Shown in pieces: positions 55,869-64,000 of a DNA stretch of 64,000 nucleotides; position 1 is the stretch's first letter, and every line of letters starts with the position of its first letter. Origin of the DNA: an uncultured Hyphomicrobiales bacterium (GTDB lineage Bacteria; Pseudomonadota; Alphaproteobacteria; Rhodospirillales; CAYFNC01); NCBI GenBank assembly GCA_964344345.1, contig CAYFNC010000006.1, positions 30,894-94,893 of the forward strand, written 5' to 3'. The translations under genes and the position numbers were made by a program. The notes under the pieces are model-generated. The model did not search any database and was not told where the DNA came from. It saw only the letters and a program-made list of their open reading frames with translations.

Positions 55869-57422
55869 GTGTGGTATGCTGCTTTTTCGCGACGACCCAG
55901 GAAGGGGGCGGCGGTGAAAGAAACCAAGTCCTCCGAGACCGGAACCCTGACCGAACCCACCAGCTATCGCCTGGTCTGCGGCCTGTTTTTGCGGCTGCTG
56001 GCCCTGGTTTACCTGATCGCGTTCGTTTCCATTTCTGGCCAGATCGACGGCCTCGCCGGACCGGACGGGATATTGCCTTACGGCCGATACCTCGAAAGCT
56101 ACCGGACCGTCGAGGGTGACTTCGCCTTTTTGATCGCGCCCGGCCTGTTCTGGCTGTCGGCCGAAACCTGGGCGTTGGAGGGCGCGGCCTATCTCGGCGC
56201 CGGAATATCGATCCTGCTGTTCTTTGACATCTGGCCAAGGGTGTCCGCTCTGGCGCTGTTCGTGCTGTATCTGTCCCTGGTCGGCGCCGGGTCCGTGTTC
56301 ATGCATTTCCAGTGGGACGCCATGCTGCTGGAGATGGGGTTTTTGGCGATCTTCCTTCCGGGGGGATCGCGGATCGTCGTGTTTCTGTACCGCTGGCTGC
56401 TCTTCCGCCTTCGATTCCTGTCCGGCGCGTTCAAGGTTCTGAGCGGCGATCCCTCCTGGCTCGGCCTGCCCGCGCTCCTGGGCGGCGAGGGGGCTTGGCG
56501 AGGGCTGACGGCCCTGAATACCTATTTCGAGACCCAGCCGCTTCCCCACGTCGGGGCGTGGTACGCCCACCAGCTTCCCGAATGGCTGTTGATGGCGGGG
56601 ACGGCGACGGTCCTGATTTTGGAGCTGGTGGTTCCGTTCATGATGTTCATGCCGCGCCGCTATCGCCTGTTCGCCGCGTGGGCGACCATCGGTTTTCAAT
56701 TGGCCGTGATGCTGACCAGCAACCACACGTTCTTCAACGTTCTGACCCTGGTCCTTTGCCTGTTCCTGTTCGACGACCGGGCGCTCGCGCGCGTGGTTCC
56801 GACCTGGGCCCGGGGCTGGCTGACCCGGCGGTTCCCGGACCGACCGGAAGGCGCGGCCAAGCGGGCCGTGGCGGGACTGCTGGCCGCCGCCATCGTTCCG
56901 CTGAGCGTTCTTACGCCCTTACAGGTTCTGGACAAGGAGCTGTTTTCGGATCGCCTCAATTGGGTTTTGAACCTGGTCAAGCGCTATCACGTGGTCCATC
57001 CCTACCATGTCTTCCCGACCATGAACCGCGAGCGCATCGAGGTGGTGATCGAGGGCTCCATGGACGCTGTCGATTGGCGCGAATACGGCTTCAAATTCAA
57101 GGCCGACCGGGTTGACGAGCCGCTCCGCGTCTCCCAGCCGCACCACCCCCGGCTCGATTGGATGCTGTGGTTCGTTCCGTCGGACAATCCCGACCATGAT
57201 TTCTGGATGCCGAACCTGGCCGGAGCCTTGTTCAAGGGATCGAAGCCGGTGCTCGACCTCTTCGACGTCGTGCCCTTTGGCGGCGCGCCGCCCAACTTTA
57301 TTCGCATCAGTTTCTTCCGTTATCGCTTCGCCGCGCCCGAGGAGCGGGCGAAGACGGGCGCGTGGTGGGCGCGGACCTATCTTGGCCCGGCGACGCCGGT
57401 TCCTTGGCTTTCTCGGTTTTGA
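55869..57422 (+). CDS. lipase maturation factor (LMF1-like) family membrane protein
   Basis: SYRLVCGLFLRLLALVYLIAFVSISGQIDGLAGPDGILP. Polytopic. C-terminus HHPRLDWMLWF. Start is uncertain. Confidence 0.7.
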   Translation: MWYAAFSRRPRKGAAVKETKSSETGTLTEPTSYRLVCGLFLRLLALVYLIAFVSISGQIDGLAGPDGILPYGRYLESYRTVEGDFAFLIAPGLFWLSAETWALEGAAYLGAGISILLFFDIWPRVSALALFVLYLSLVGAGSVFMHFQWDAMLLEMGFLAIFLPGGSRIVVFLYRWLLFRLRFLSGAFKVLSGDPSWLGLPALLGGEGAWRGLTALNTYFETQPLPHVGAWYAHQLPEWLLMAGTATVLILELVVPFMMFMPRRYRLFAAWATIGFQLAVMLTSNHTFFNVLTLVLCLFLFDDRALARVVPTWARGWLTRRFPDRPEGAAKRAVAGLLAAAIVPLSVLTPLQVLDKELFSDRLNWVLNLVKRYHVVHPYHVFPTMNRERIEVVIEGSMDAVDWREYGFKFKADRVDEPLRVSQPHHPRLDWMLWFVPSDNPDHDFWMPNLAGALFKGSKPVLDLFDVVPFGGAPPNFIRISFFRYRFAAPEERAKTGAWWARTYLGPATPVPWLSRF

Positions 57423-57493
57423 ATTGAAAAGGGCGGATATGGACCGCCGTTGAATTGCGTTATGATCCGCGAAGCTTGCGGAAAGGGCGGCTC

Positions 57494-58201
57494 GTGATCA
57501 AATGCAGCGTCATCGTTCCCGTGTTCAACGAGGACCGAACCATCGTGCAAATCCTGGAAAAGGTTTCGGTCGTGACGGTCGAGGGCGTCGAATTCGAGGT
57601 CGTCGTCGTCGACGATGGATCGACCGACGGCACGCGGGATCTGCTGAAGGGGCGTCCGGAACTCTATGCGACCCTTCTTCTCCAGGACAGGAACGGCGGC
57701 AAGGGCGCGGCAGTCAAGGCGGGCCTAGCCGCCGCGACCGGCGATTACGTACTCTTTCAGGACGCGGACCTGGAATACGATCCGGCCGATTATCCGACGT
57801 TGCTGGAACCCGTGACGCGCCTTGGCGCCGAGGTGGTGATCGGAAGCCGCATGCTGGCGCCGCGCATGACGCGGGTCTCGTATTTCTGGCACAAGGCCGG
57901 AAACAGAATCATCACGCTAGCTTTCAACGTCCTGTTCAACGTGACCTTCACCGACGCCTATTCATGCTATCTGATGTTCCGCCGCGACCTCGTTTCCCCT
58001 TCCGAATTGAAGACGGAGGGGTGGGAGCAGCAGGCCGAGATCCTTGGGCGCGTCGTGCCCCGCGCGAAGGCCCTCTTCGAGGTTCCGATCAGCTATTACG
58101 GTCGCGGCTACGGCGAAGGAAAAAAGATCAGATGGTGGCACGCGTTCATCGTGCTGTGGACCATCTTGCGGTCGCGGTTGTTTCTTAAAAGGAATGTATA
58201 A
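57494..58201 (+). CDS. family 2 glycosyltransferase
   Basis: CSVIVPVFNE ... VVVVDDGSTDGT ... FQDADLEYDP. GTG 57494 preceded by GAAAGGG (the ORF is open from 57455). Confidence 0.85.
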   Translation: MIKCSVIVPVFNEDRTIVQILEKVSVVTVEGVEFEVVVVDDGSTDGTRDLLKGRPELYATLLLQDRNGGKGAAVKAGLAAATGDYVLFQDADLEYDPADYPTLLEPVTRLGAEVVIGSRMLAPRMTRVSYFWHKAGNRIITLAFNVLFNVTFTDAYSCYLMFRRDLVSPSELKTEGWEQQAEILGRVVPRAKALFEVPISYYGRGYGEGKKIRWWHAFIVLWTILRSRLFLKRNV

Positions 58202-58511
58202 CATCAAGTCGTTCGTAGGTCAGGAGCGGACCGCTCGCGGCCACATCCCAAAAAGCGCGCCTATCGCTCTTCACGGAATACCCTCGGAAGGTGTGCGGAG
58301 ACGCCAGGGATGATAGTCAGCGGGAAAAACGCTTGTAACAAAAAACTCGGAAGCGGTCTTTCTCCGGCCGGTTGTCCGATCGCCCGGCGCGGGCGGTGTA
58401 ATTCGCGATTTCGGCATTATCTAAATCTCAACGACTGGCGCGTATAGCTGTTTTTAACCCCGGTCCGGGCGCGTATAATCGCCGCGTCCTTGGAAAAGAA
58501 AAGGTGGCGTC

Positions 58512-60464
58512 ATGAAGCTTCGTCTTGTCATTCCGAGGTTCAGCCCCCCAGGTTTCAGCTACGCCTTCCCCCTTGGCCTCGCCTACATCTCGTCGGCGGT
58601 CAAGGCCGCGGGACACGAGGTCACGTGCCTCAATCTGAACAACGAGGAGATCGTGGACCGCGACGCCATCGAGGCGGCGGTGAAGGGCTTCGATCCCGAC
58701 GTCTGCGGCACCGGCTCCATCTCGCCGCTGTTCGGCGCTGTCAAGGAGATCATGAGCGTCGCGCGCGAAACCAAGCCCTCGATCGTGAACGTGATCGGCG
58801 GCGGCGTGTTCAGCAGCGCGCCCGAGGTGGTCACGCCGCTTCTGGACATCGACATGGGCGTGGTCGGCGAGGGCGAGGAGACCATCGTCGAAATCCTGCA
58901 CGCGCTCGAACACGGCGGCGACCTCAAGGACATCAAGGGCATCGGCGTCAAGGGCAAGGATGGGGAATGCCAAAGGACCGAGGCGCGTCCGCCCATCCGC
59001 GACATCTCGAAACTGCCCTGGCCCGACTACGAGGGCCTGGACCTGGAGCGGTTCCTGGAAATCCAGAACATCGCGGACGAAGCGTACTCCAACATCATCG
59101 ACACGCCGCGCAGCCTGCCGATGATTTCCAGCCGGTCGTGTCCCTACGCCTGCACCTTCTGCTTCCATCCCACCAGCCGCATCTACCGCGAACGGCCCAT
59201 GGATGCGTTCTTCGAGGAGCTGGATTGGCTGATCGACAAGTACGACGTGAACCTGCTGGAAATCTGCGACGAGCTGTTCACGGCCAAGAAGCAGCGGGCG
59301 CTGGATTTCTGCGAGCGCATCAAGCCCTATGATCTGAAATGGCAGGTTCAGCTCCACGTCTCCATGATCGACGCCGAGTTGCTGGAGACCATGGAGGACG
59401 CCGGTTGCATCCTGGCCAGCTACGGGCTCGAAAGCGCCAACGACGACGTTCTTCTCAGCATGAAGAAGAAGGCCACCCGCGCCCAGATCGAGAACGCGCT
59501 CGGCCTTACCCACGAGAAGAAGGTCGGCATCCAGGGCAACTTCATCTTCGGCGACACCGCCGAGACCATGCGGACCATCAACGACACCATGGACTGGTGG
59601 TCCAAGCATCGGGAATACCGCGTTAACCTGAGCTTCCTGCAGGTCTATCCCGGCACGCCCATCTATCACCACGCGGTGGAGACCGGAATCATCAAGGAGA
59701 CCGCCAAGGACGGAGACCTGGTCCAAGGCATCATCAACACCACCATCCTGGACAACGAGACCTACGAACGCATGATGCGCCGCCTGCGCATCTACCGCGA
59801 AACCCTGGTCATCCCGGCGCCCGTGGTCCAGTTCGAGCAGCAGAACGGCGAACTGGTCTCCGGCAAGCCGCTCTACCATATCGTTTGGGACTGCCCCCGC
59901 TGCGGGACCCGCAACGATTTCCGCAACGTCCGCACCGACATGCCGCACCACCAGCGCGCGCTCATCTTTGCGTGCCGCGATTGCAAGACTCGCTTCGACG
60001 TGCCCAACCCGACGGTCCCACCCGTCGACGATCCCGAACTCGACGAGCTGTACAACGAGGCGATCGCGCGGCGGCAAGCGGGCGACGTTCGCGGCGCGGC
60101 GGAGAAATACCTCGAGATCGTCAACAAGACGTTCCCGCCCTTCGCGCCGCCGCCGGAATCCTATGTCCGCGCCTGTTTCGACCTCGGCAACATCTTTCTT
60201 AGGGAGTTCAACGACGTCGAGCACGCCATCGTTTACCTGGGCGAGGCGGTGATGCATCGCGCCTTCGACCCCAGGTGCCATTTCGCGTTCGCGCTGGCCC
60301 TGATGAACGAAGGCTCCATCGACGGCGCGCAATTGCACTGCGAAACCGCGCGGCGCCTTATCTCGGCGGAGAATCCGGACGAGATGGCCAGCGTCGATCA
60401 ACTCGCCGCCGCCATCGCAAGCCAGAAGGCCGCCGATGAGACACCGACCTTCTTTATCGGTTGA
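58512..60464 (+). CDS. B12-binding-domain (class B) radical SAM protein with a C-terminal Cys4 zinc-ribbon and helical-repeat extension
   Basis: N-terminus LGLAYISSAVKAAGHEV ... VIGGGVF (B12-binding fold). SSRSCPYACTFCFH (CxxxCxxC). CPRC...CRDC, then TPR-like helices. Confidence 0.85.
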   Translation: MKLRLVIPRFSPPGFSYAFPLGLAYISSAVKAAGHEVTCLNLNNEEIVDRDAIEAAVKGFDPDVCGTGSISPLFGAVKEIMSVARETKPSIVNVIGGGVFSSAPEVVTPLLDIDMGVVGEGEETIVEILHALEHGGDLKDIKGIGVKGKDGECQRTEARPPIRDISKLPWPDYEGLDLERFLEIQNIADEAYSNIIDTPRSLPMISSRSCPYACTFCFHPTSRIYRERPMDAFFEELDWLIDKYDVNLLEICDELFTAKKQRALDFCERIKPYDLKWQVQLHVSMIDAELLETMEDAGCILASYGLESANDDVLLSMKKKATRAQIENALGLTHEKKVGIQGNFIFGDTAETMRTINDTMDWWSKHREYRVNLSFLQVYPGTPIYHHAVETGIIKETAKDGDLVQGIINTTILDNETYERMMRRLRIYRETLVIPAPVVQFEQQNGELVSGKPLYHIVWDCPRCGTRNDFRNVRTDMPHHQRALIFACRDCKTRFDVPNPTVPPVDDPELDELYNEAIARRQAGDVRGAAEKYLEIVNKTFPPFAPPPESYVRACFDLGNIFLREFNDVEHAIVYLGEAVMHRAFDPRCHFAFALALMNEGSIDGAQLHCETARRLISAENPDEMASVDQLAAAIASQKAADETPTFFIG

Positions 60465-60528
60465 CGCCCAGCGTAGGCTGAGTGGGGACGACGCGCGCCG
60501 CTACGTGGAGCGCAGGCTGGAAACACCC

Positions 60529-61431
60529 ATGACCACGCTCGACCGCTTCCCCCGTTGGTTTCTGGTCGAGACGGTCAATAGCTGCAATTCCCGTTGCGTC
60601 ATGTGCGGCATCGACTTCGACAAGAAGGCGAAGGCGGTGATGGCCGACGACGTCTTCCGCTCCATCATCGACGAGATCGCGGGCTGGCCGGACCACGTCC
60701 TTCGGGTGACGCTGACTCTTGACGGCGAGCCGTTGATCGACAAGAAGCTGCCCGATCGCATCCGTCGGGTGAAGCAGGCCGGTCCGTTCGAGGCCCACAT
60801 CAGCACCAACGCCAGCCTGCTGACCGAAAAGACCGGCCGCGCCTTGATCGAGGCCGGGCTGGACCTGGTCTATATCACCGTCGATTCCTTGAAGAAAGAC
60901 GTCTACGACGCCATCCGGGTCGGCCTGGACTTCGATGTGGTCTACGAAAATGTCCTGAACTTCGTGACGCTTCGCGACCGACTCGGCGCCGCGACCGCCA
61001 TCAGGGTGCAGATGGTGCAGCAGGAAGCCAATTACGACGAGGCCGACGATTTCGAGGCCCACTGGGGGCCCATCCTGTCCCCCCGCGACCAGGTGGTGGT
61101 CCAGCGCGCCCACAACTGGGGCAACGCGGCGGAGGTGATGAAATTCGGCGACGAGGACCAAGTCAACGACCATCCCTGCATCGCGCCGTTCGGCACCTGC
61201 GTCATCCTTGTCGACGGCTCCATCCGGCTATGCTGCATGGATGTGGAGGACACCTGTGTGCTCGGCAAAGTCCAAGACGCCTCCATCGCCGAGCTGTGGC
61301 GGGGCGAGCGCATGCGGGCGGCGCGCGAGGTTCACCTGTCCGGGCGGCGCGAGGATATCGCGATCTGCGACGGCTGCACGCTCTGGCGCGAGGACAAGCA
61401 GACCTTCCATGCCGGTGGAGACGCGTCATGA
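60529..61431 (+). CDS. radical SAM/SPASM-domain protein
   Basis: VETVNSCNSRCVMCG (CxxxCxxC). LTLDGEPL. SPASM tail CIAPFGTCVILVDGSIRLCC ... ICDGCTLW. Confidence 0.85.
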   Translation: MTTLDRFPRWFLVETVNSCNSRCVMCGIDFDKKAKAVMADDVFRSIIDEIAGWPDHVLRVTLTLDGEPLIDKKLPDRIRRVKQAGPFEAHISTNASLLTEKTGRALIEAGLDLVYITVDSLKKDVYDAIRVGLDFDVVYENVLNFVTLRDRLGAATAIRVQMVQQEANYDEADDFEAHWGPILSPRDQVVVQRAHNWGNAAEVMKFGDEDQVNDHPCIAPFGTCVILVDGSIRLCCMDVEDTCVLGKVQDASIAELWRGERMRAAREVHLSGRREDIAICDGCTLWREDKQTFHAGGDAS

Positions 61432-63302
61432 GCGGCCGACGCCTGACCCGATACGCCGCCGAGCTCCGCGACCGGTATGGGGCGAACGAGCGCCTGTTGC
61501 TGGTCCAGTTGCCCCAGGTGGTCCTGGGCGCGTTCAACCGGGACGTGGCGCTGGCCGGAAGCTATTACATCTTTCCGCCGACGGGACTGCAGTTCCTGTA
61601 CGAGTCCATCCGCCATCGCGGGCTCGACGTCCGCATCCTCGATTTGAACTTCCGCATCCTGAAGGCGGTGCGCGAGGACCCGGACTTCGACGTCGAGGAG
61701 TGGCCCGCCATCCTGGAGGCCGAACTCGACGACTTCCGCCCCGGCCACGTGGGCGTGTCGTGCCTGTTCGATTTCGCCATCGGCCCCATGACCCGTGCGC
61801 TGACGCTCCTGAAGGAGCGGGGCGAAAGCGTGGTCACCGTCGGCGGCGTGATCGCCACCTATGAATGGCGGAATCTGTTGGCGCGCGATTTGTGCCATTT
61901 CGTGGTCGAGGGCGAGGGGGAGAGGAAGTTCGACTACCTGCTTTCCCGACTGTCCGGCGAAATCGACGTGGAGCCAACGGTGGGTATCCGCTTCAAGGAC
62001 GCGGACGGCTTCCACGAGAGCGAAGGCGACGCGAGTCCCGTCCATCCCCAAGGCGACCTGGTCGCCAGCTACGATCTGGTTCCGGTGGAGGAGTACGAGA
62101 AATACGGCTCGCTCAACCCCTATTCGCGGATGGACAACAGGCCCCGCGCGCCCTTCGCGGCCATCCAGATGAGCCGAGGATGCCGGGCCGCGTGCACGTT
62201 TTGCTCGGTGCGCGACTTCATGGGCAAGGGCGTGCGGTTCCGGCCCATCGCCGACATCCTGGCGGAAATGGCGTTCCTGATCGAGAAGCGCGGCGTGCGG
62301 CATTTCGAATGGCTGGACGATGATCTTTTGTTCTATCGCAAGGAGCTTCGCGACCTTCTCCGCGCCGTGATCGAGCGGGGCTGGGACATCCGCTGGTCGG
62401 CCAACAACGGGCTTATCGCCGCCTCCCTGGACGAGGAGACCTTGGACCTGATCCGCGATTCCGGCTGCATCGGGTTCAAGATCGGCATCGAGACCGGCAA
62501 CGCCGAGATGCTGCGCAAGGTCCGGAAGCCAGGCAACCTGGACAAGTTCCGCCGCGTGTCCAGCCTGTTGGAGCGCGCGCCCGGCGTCTTCGTCGGCGGC
62601 AACTTCATCGTCGGGCTTCCTGACGAACGGTTCGGCCAGATGCTGGACAGCTTCCGGTTCTCGCTGGAAATGCGGCTGGACTGGTCGGCCATGACCGTCT
62701 GTCAGATGATCCGGGGCGCCTCCGCCTTCGCCGACGCGGGCGAGTATTTCGAGGACCAGATGCGGACCGACGGCTCGAACGTCGCCAATTTCATTCCGTC
62801 GCGGCACACCGCCAACGGCCACATGCGGAGCAGGGGGCGGCTGTTGCGGGGGCTCGATGTCTTCGCGTTTCCCCCGGACCAGGTCCCCGACGACGAGCAG
62901 GTCAAGGAAATCTGGTTCGCGTTCAACCTGCTCGGCAACTACGCGTTCAACAAGAACCTGAGCCCGGGCGGACGGCCCGAGAAGTTCGTCGCCTGGGTCG
63001 CGTCCGTGCTCGTGGCCTATCCGACCAATCCCTACATGAACCTGTTCCTGTCCCTGGCGCACGCGATGTTGGGAAACAAGGACGTCGCCGAAAGCCATCG
63101 CCTGCGCGCGCGCGAAAACGTCAAGGACGATTATTGGCGAGGACGGTTCGAGAGCTTCGGGCTGTTTCCGCTTCTTGCGGAAGCCCCCGAAACCCGCGAA
63201 GAGGCCCACGCGGCCCTGGAGCGGCTGCGCCGGAATATCCGCTTCCGTCTGGCCAAGTGGTTGGATGGGGAGGAGGAGGCGCGCCTGAGCGCGGCGAAGT
63301 AG
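61428..63302 (+). CDS. B12-binding-domain (class B) radical SAM protein
   Basis: ATGA overlap with the upstream gene. GGTGGAG ribosome-binding site. PTGLQFLYESIRHRGLDV ... VGGVIAT. MSRGCRAACTFCSV. Confidence 0.85.
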   Translation: MSGRRLTRYAAELRDRYGANERLLLVQLPQVVLGAFNRDVALAGSYYIFPPTGLQFLYESIRHRGLDVRILDLNFRILKAVREDPDFDVEEWPAILEAELDDFRPGHVGVSCLFDFAIGPMTRALTLLKERGESVVTVGGVIATYEWRNLLARDLCHFVVEGEGERKFDYLLSRLSGEIDVEPTVGIRFKDADGFHESEGDASPVHPQGDLVASYDLVPVEEYEKYGSLNPYSRMDNRPRAPFAAIQMSRGCRAACTFCSVRDFMGKGVRFRPIADILAEMAFLIEKRGVRHFEWLDDDLLFYRKELRDLLRAVIERGWDIRWSANNGLIAASLDEETLDLIRDSGCIGFKIGIETGNAEMLRKVRKPGNLDKFRRVSSLLERAPGVFVGGNFIVGLPDERFGQMLDSFRFSLEMRLDWSAMTVCQMIRGASAFADAGEYFEDQMRTDGSNVANFIPSRHTANGHMRSRGRLLRGLDVFAFPPDQVPDDEQVKEIWFAFNLLGNYAFNKNLSPGGRPEKFVAWVASVLVAYPTNPYMNLFLSLAHAMLGNKDVAESHRLRARENVKDDYWRGRFESFGLFPLLAEAPETREEAHAALERLRRNIRFRLAKWLDGEEEARLSAAK

Positions 63303-63304
63303 GA

Positions 63305-63745
63305 TTACGGTTCGCCGCGTTTCTCGGTCTTCAAGACCGCTTCCTCCAGGAACGACTTGAAGTCCAGGTCGCCCCGGACAATGTCGTCGACCATGAATTC
63401 CGCAAGGTCGTTGAAGCATTTCGCCAGCCTGCCGACGTCGATTTCGTCGCGGCACATGTCCTTGACGGTCTCCGCCCGTTTCAAAAGCTCGGCGTGGTAG
63501 GCGCTGTGCTGCTCAAGCCGGGGGAAGTTCGTCTCGGCGAGGATGTCCTCCTCGACCTTGAAGTGCTCGGTCGCTTCCTTGATGAACCAGTCAAAAAGCC
63601 CCCGGCATTCCTTCAAGTCGCCGGCCGCGATGGTTTCGTTAAGCCGGTTCAGGATTTCGGCCAAGCGCTTATGGTCGCCGTCGATGTCCGGGTGCCCGGT
63701 TTCATAGGTGGGAAGAATCTCGATTCTGGGCACACGCCCCCCCAA
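63305..63745 (-). CDS. hemerythrin-like metal-binding protein
   Basis: YETGHPDIDGDHKRL ... EATEHFKVEEDIL ... HSAYHAELL ... FMVDDIVRGD. Start is TTG 63745 or GTG 63733. Confidence 0.8.
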   Translation of the reverse strand: MGGRVPRIEILPTYETGHPDIDGDHKRLAEILNRLNETIAAGDLKECRGLFDWFIKEATEHFKVEEDILAETNFPRLEQHSAYHAELLKRAETVKDMCRDEIDVGRLAKCFNDLAEFMVDDIVRGDLDFKSFLEEAVLKTEKRGEP

Positions 63746-63773
63746 CTTTCCAACCTTTGAATCTCCGCGCAGT

Positions 63774-64000
63774 TCAATCCTTGCATCTTTCCGTCAGGGG
63801 GGCAAGGCGCGGATGGGTGGTTTCGAGCACCACGTTGGCGCCGGAGCGGACTTGGCGAAGATGGAAGTCCTGGATGGGGTTGTGGGCGCGGGAGAAGGCC
63901 AGGCGGCCCCTGGGGCTGTCCAGGACGGCCGACGCCATGGCGTCCGCCATGTCCTTGCTGGCGGACGCGTCGCCGCCGACGGCGCGAAGTCCGTGGAGAA
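63774..64000 (-). CDS. 3' end of a gene cut by the window edge, possibly an ABC substrate-binding protein
   Basis: The reverse translation reads ...DSPRGRLAFSRAHNPIQDFHLRQVRSGANVVLETTHPRLAPLTERCKD-stop. The resemblance to Liv-type binding proteins is weak. Confidence 0.4.
   Translation of the reverse strand, partial: LHGLRAVGGDASASKDMADAMASAVLDSPRGRLAFSRAHNPIQDFHLRQVRSGANVVLETTHPRLAPLTERCKD

Noticed and set aside
1-64000. CRISPR arrays, rRNA genes, integrases, transposases, reverse transcriptases or recognised defence-system genes
   Set aside because: None were detected by eye. The only repeats seen are the element's terminal inverted repeats, short palindromes, and the FliK low-complexity region.

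Overview
High-GC (roughly 65%) chromosomal window with alphaproteobacterial, Rhodospirillales-like gene content: sigma54-type hook operon fliK-flgD-flgE, a DUF2312/GapR-like protein, phaR plus phaA/phaB, a two-domain cold-shock protein, and DinB with an N-terminal Cys4 extension. Most of 18.5-57 kb is ordinary housekeeping: metXW, chorismate mutase-hisC-tyrC, proC, folD, trxB, ggt, class II DAHP synthase and PHB genes. Four things stand out. (1) From the left edge to nt 10837 there are ten + strand ORFs with no intergenic DNA. Seven are radical SAM (rSAM) paralogs, one is a degenerate paralog lacking the CxxxCxxC triad, and two are unrecognisable. No precursor-like gene is visible. This is my best candidate for an undescribed system. 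It is followed by an orphan A24 prepilin peptidase, two toxin-antitoxin (TA) pairs (HepT/MNT, VapBC) and a 3' fragment of tRNA-Val, which together look like the right end of a tRNA-integrated island. (2) The tRNA-Lys(UUU) gene (18026-18314, minus strand) is split in its anticodon by a 213-nt group I intron with an Azoarcus-like (IC3) core. (3) A second rSAM cluster (58.5-63.3 kb) contains a B12-binding rSAM, an rSAM/SPASM and another B12-binding rSAM, next to GT2, a lipase-maturation-factor-like protein and a hemerythrin. (4) A 226-bp element with 34-bp terminal inverted repeats sits in a CTAG site (IS630-type MITE signature). All calls rest on reading motifs in the supplied translations and sequence. 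No database searches were run, and start codons are best guesses.
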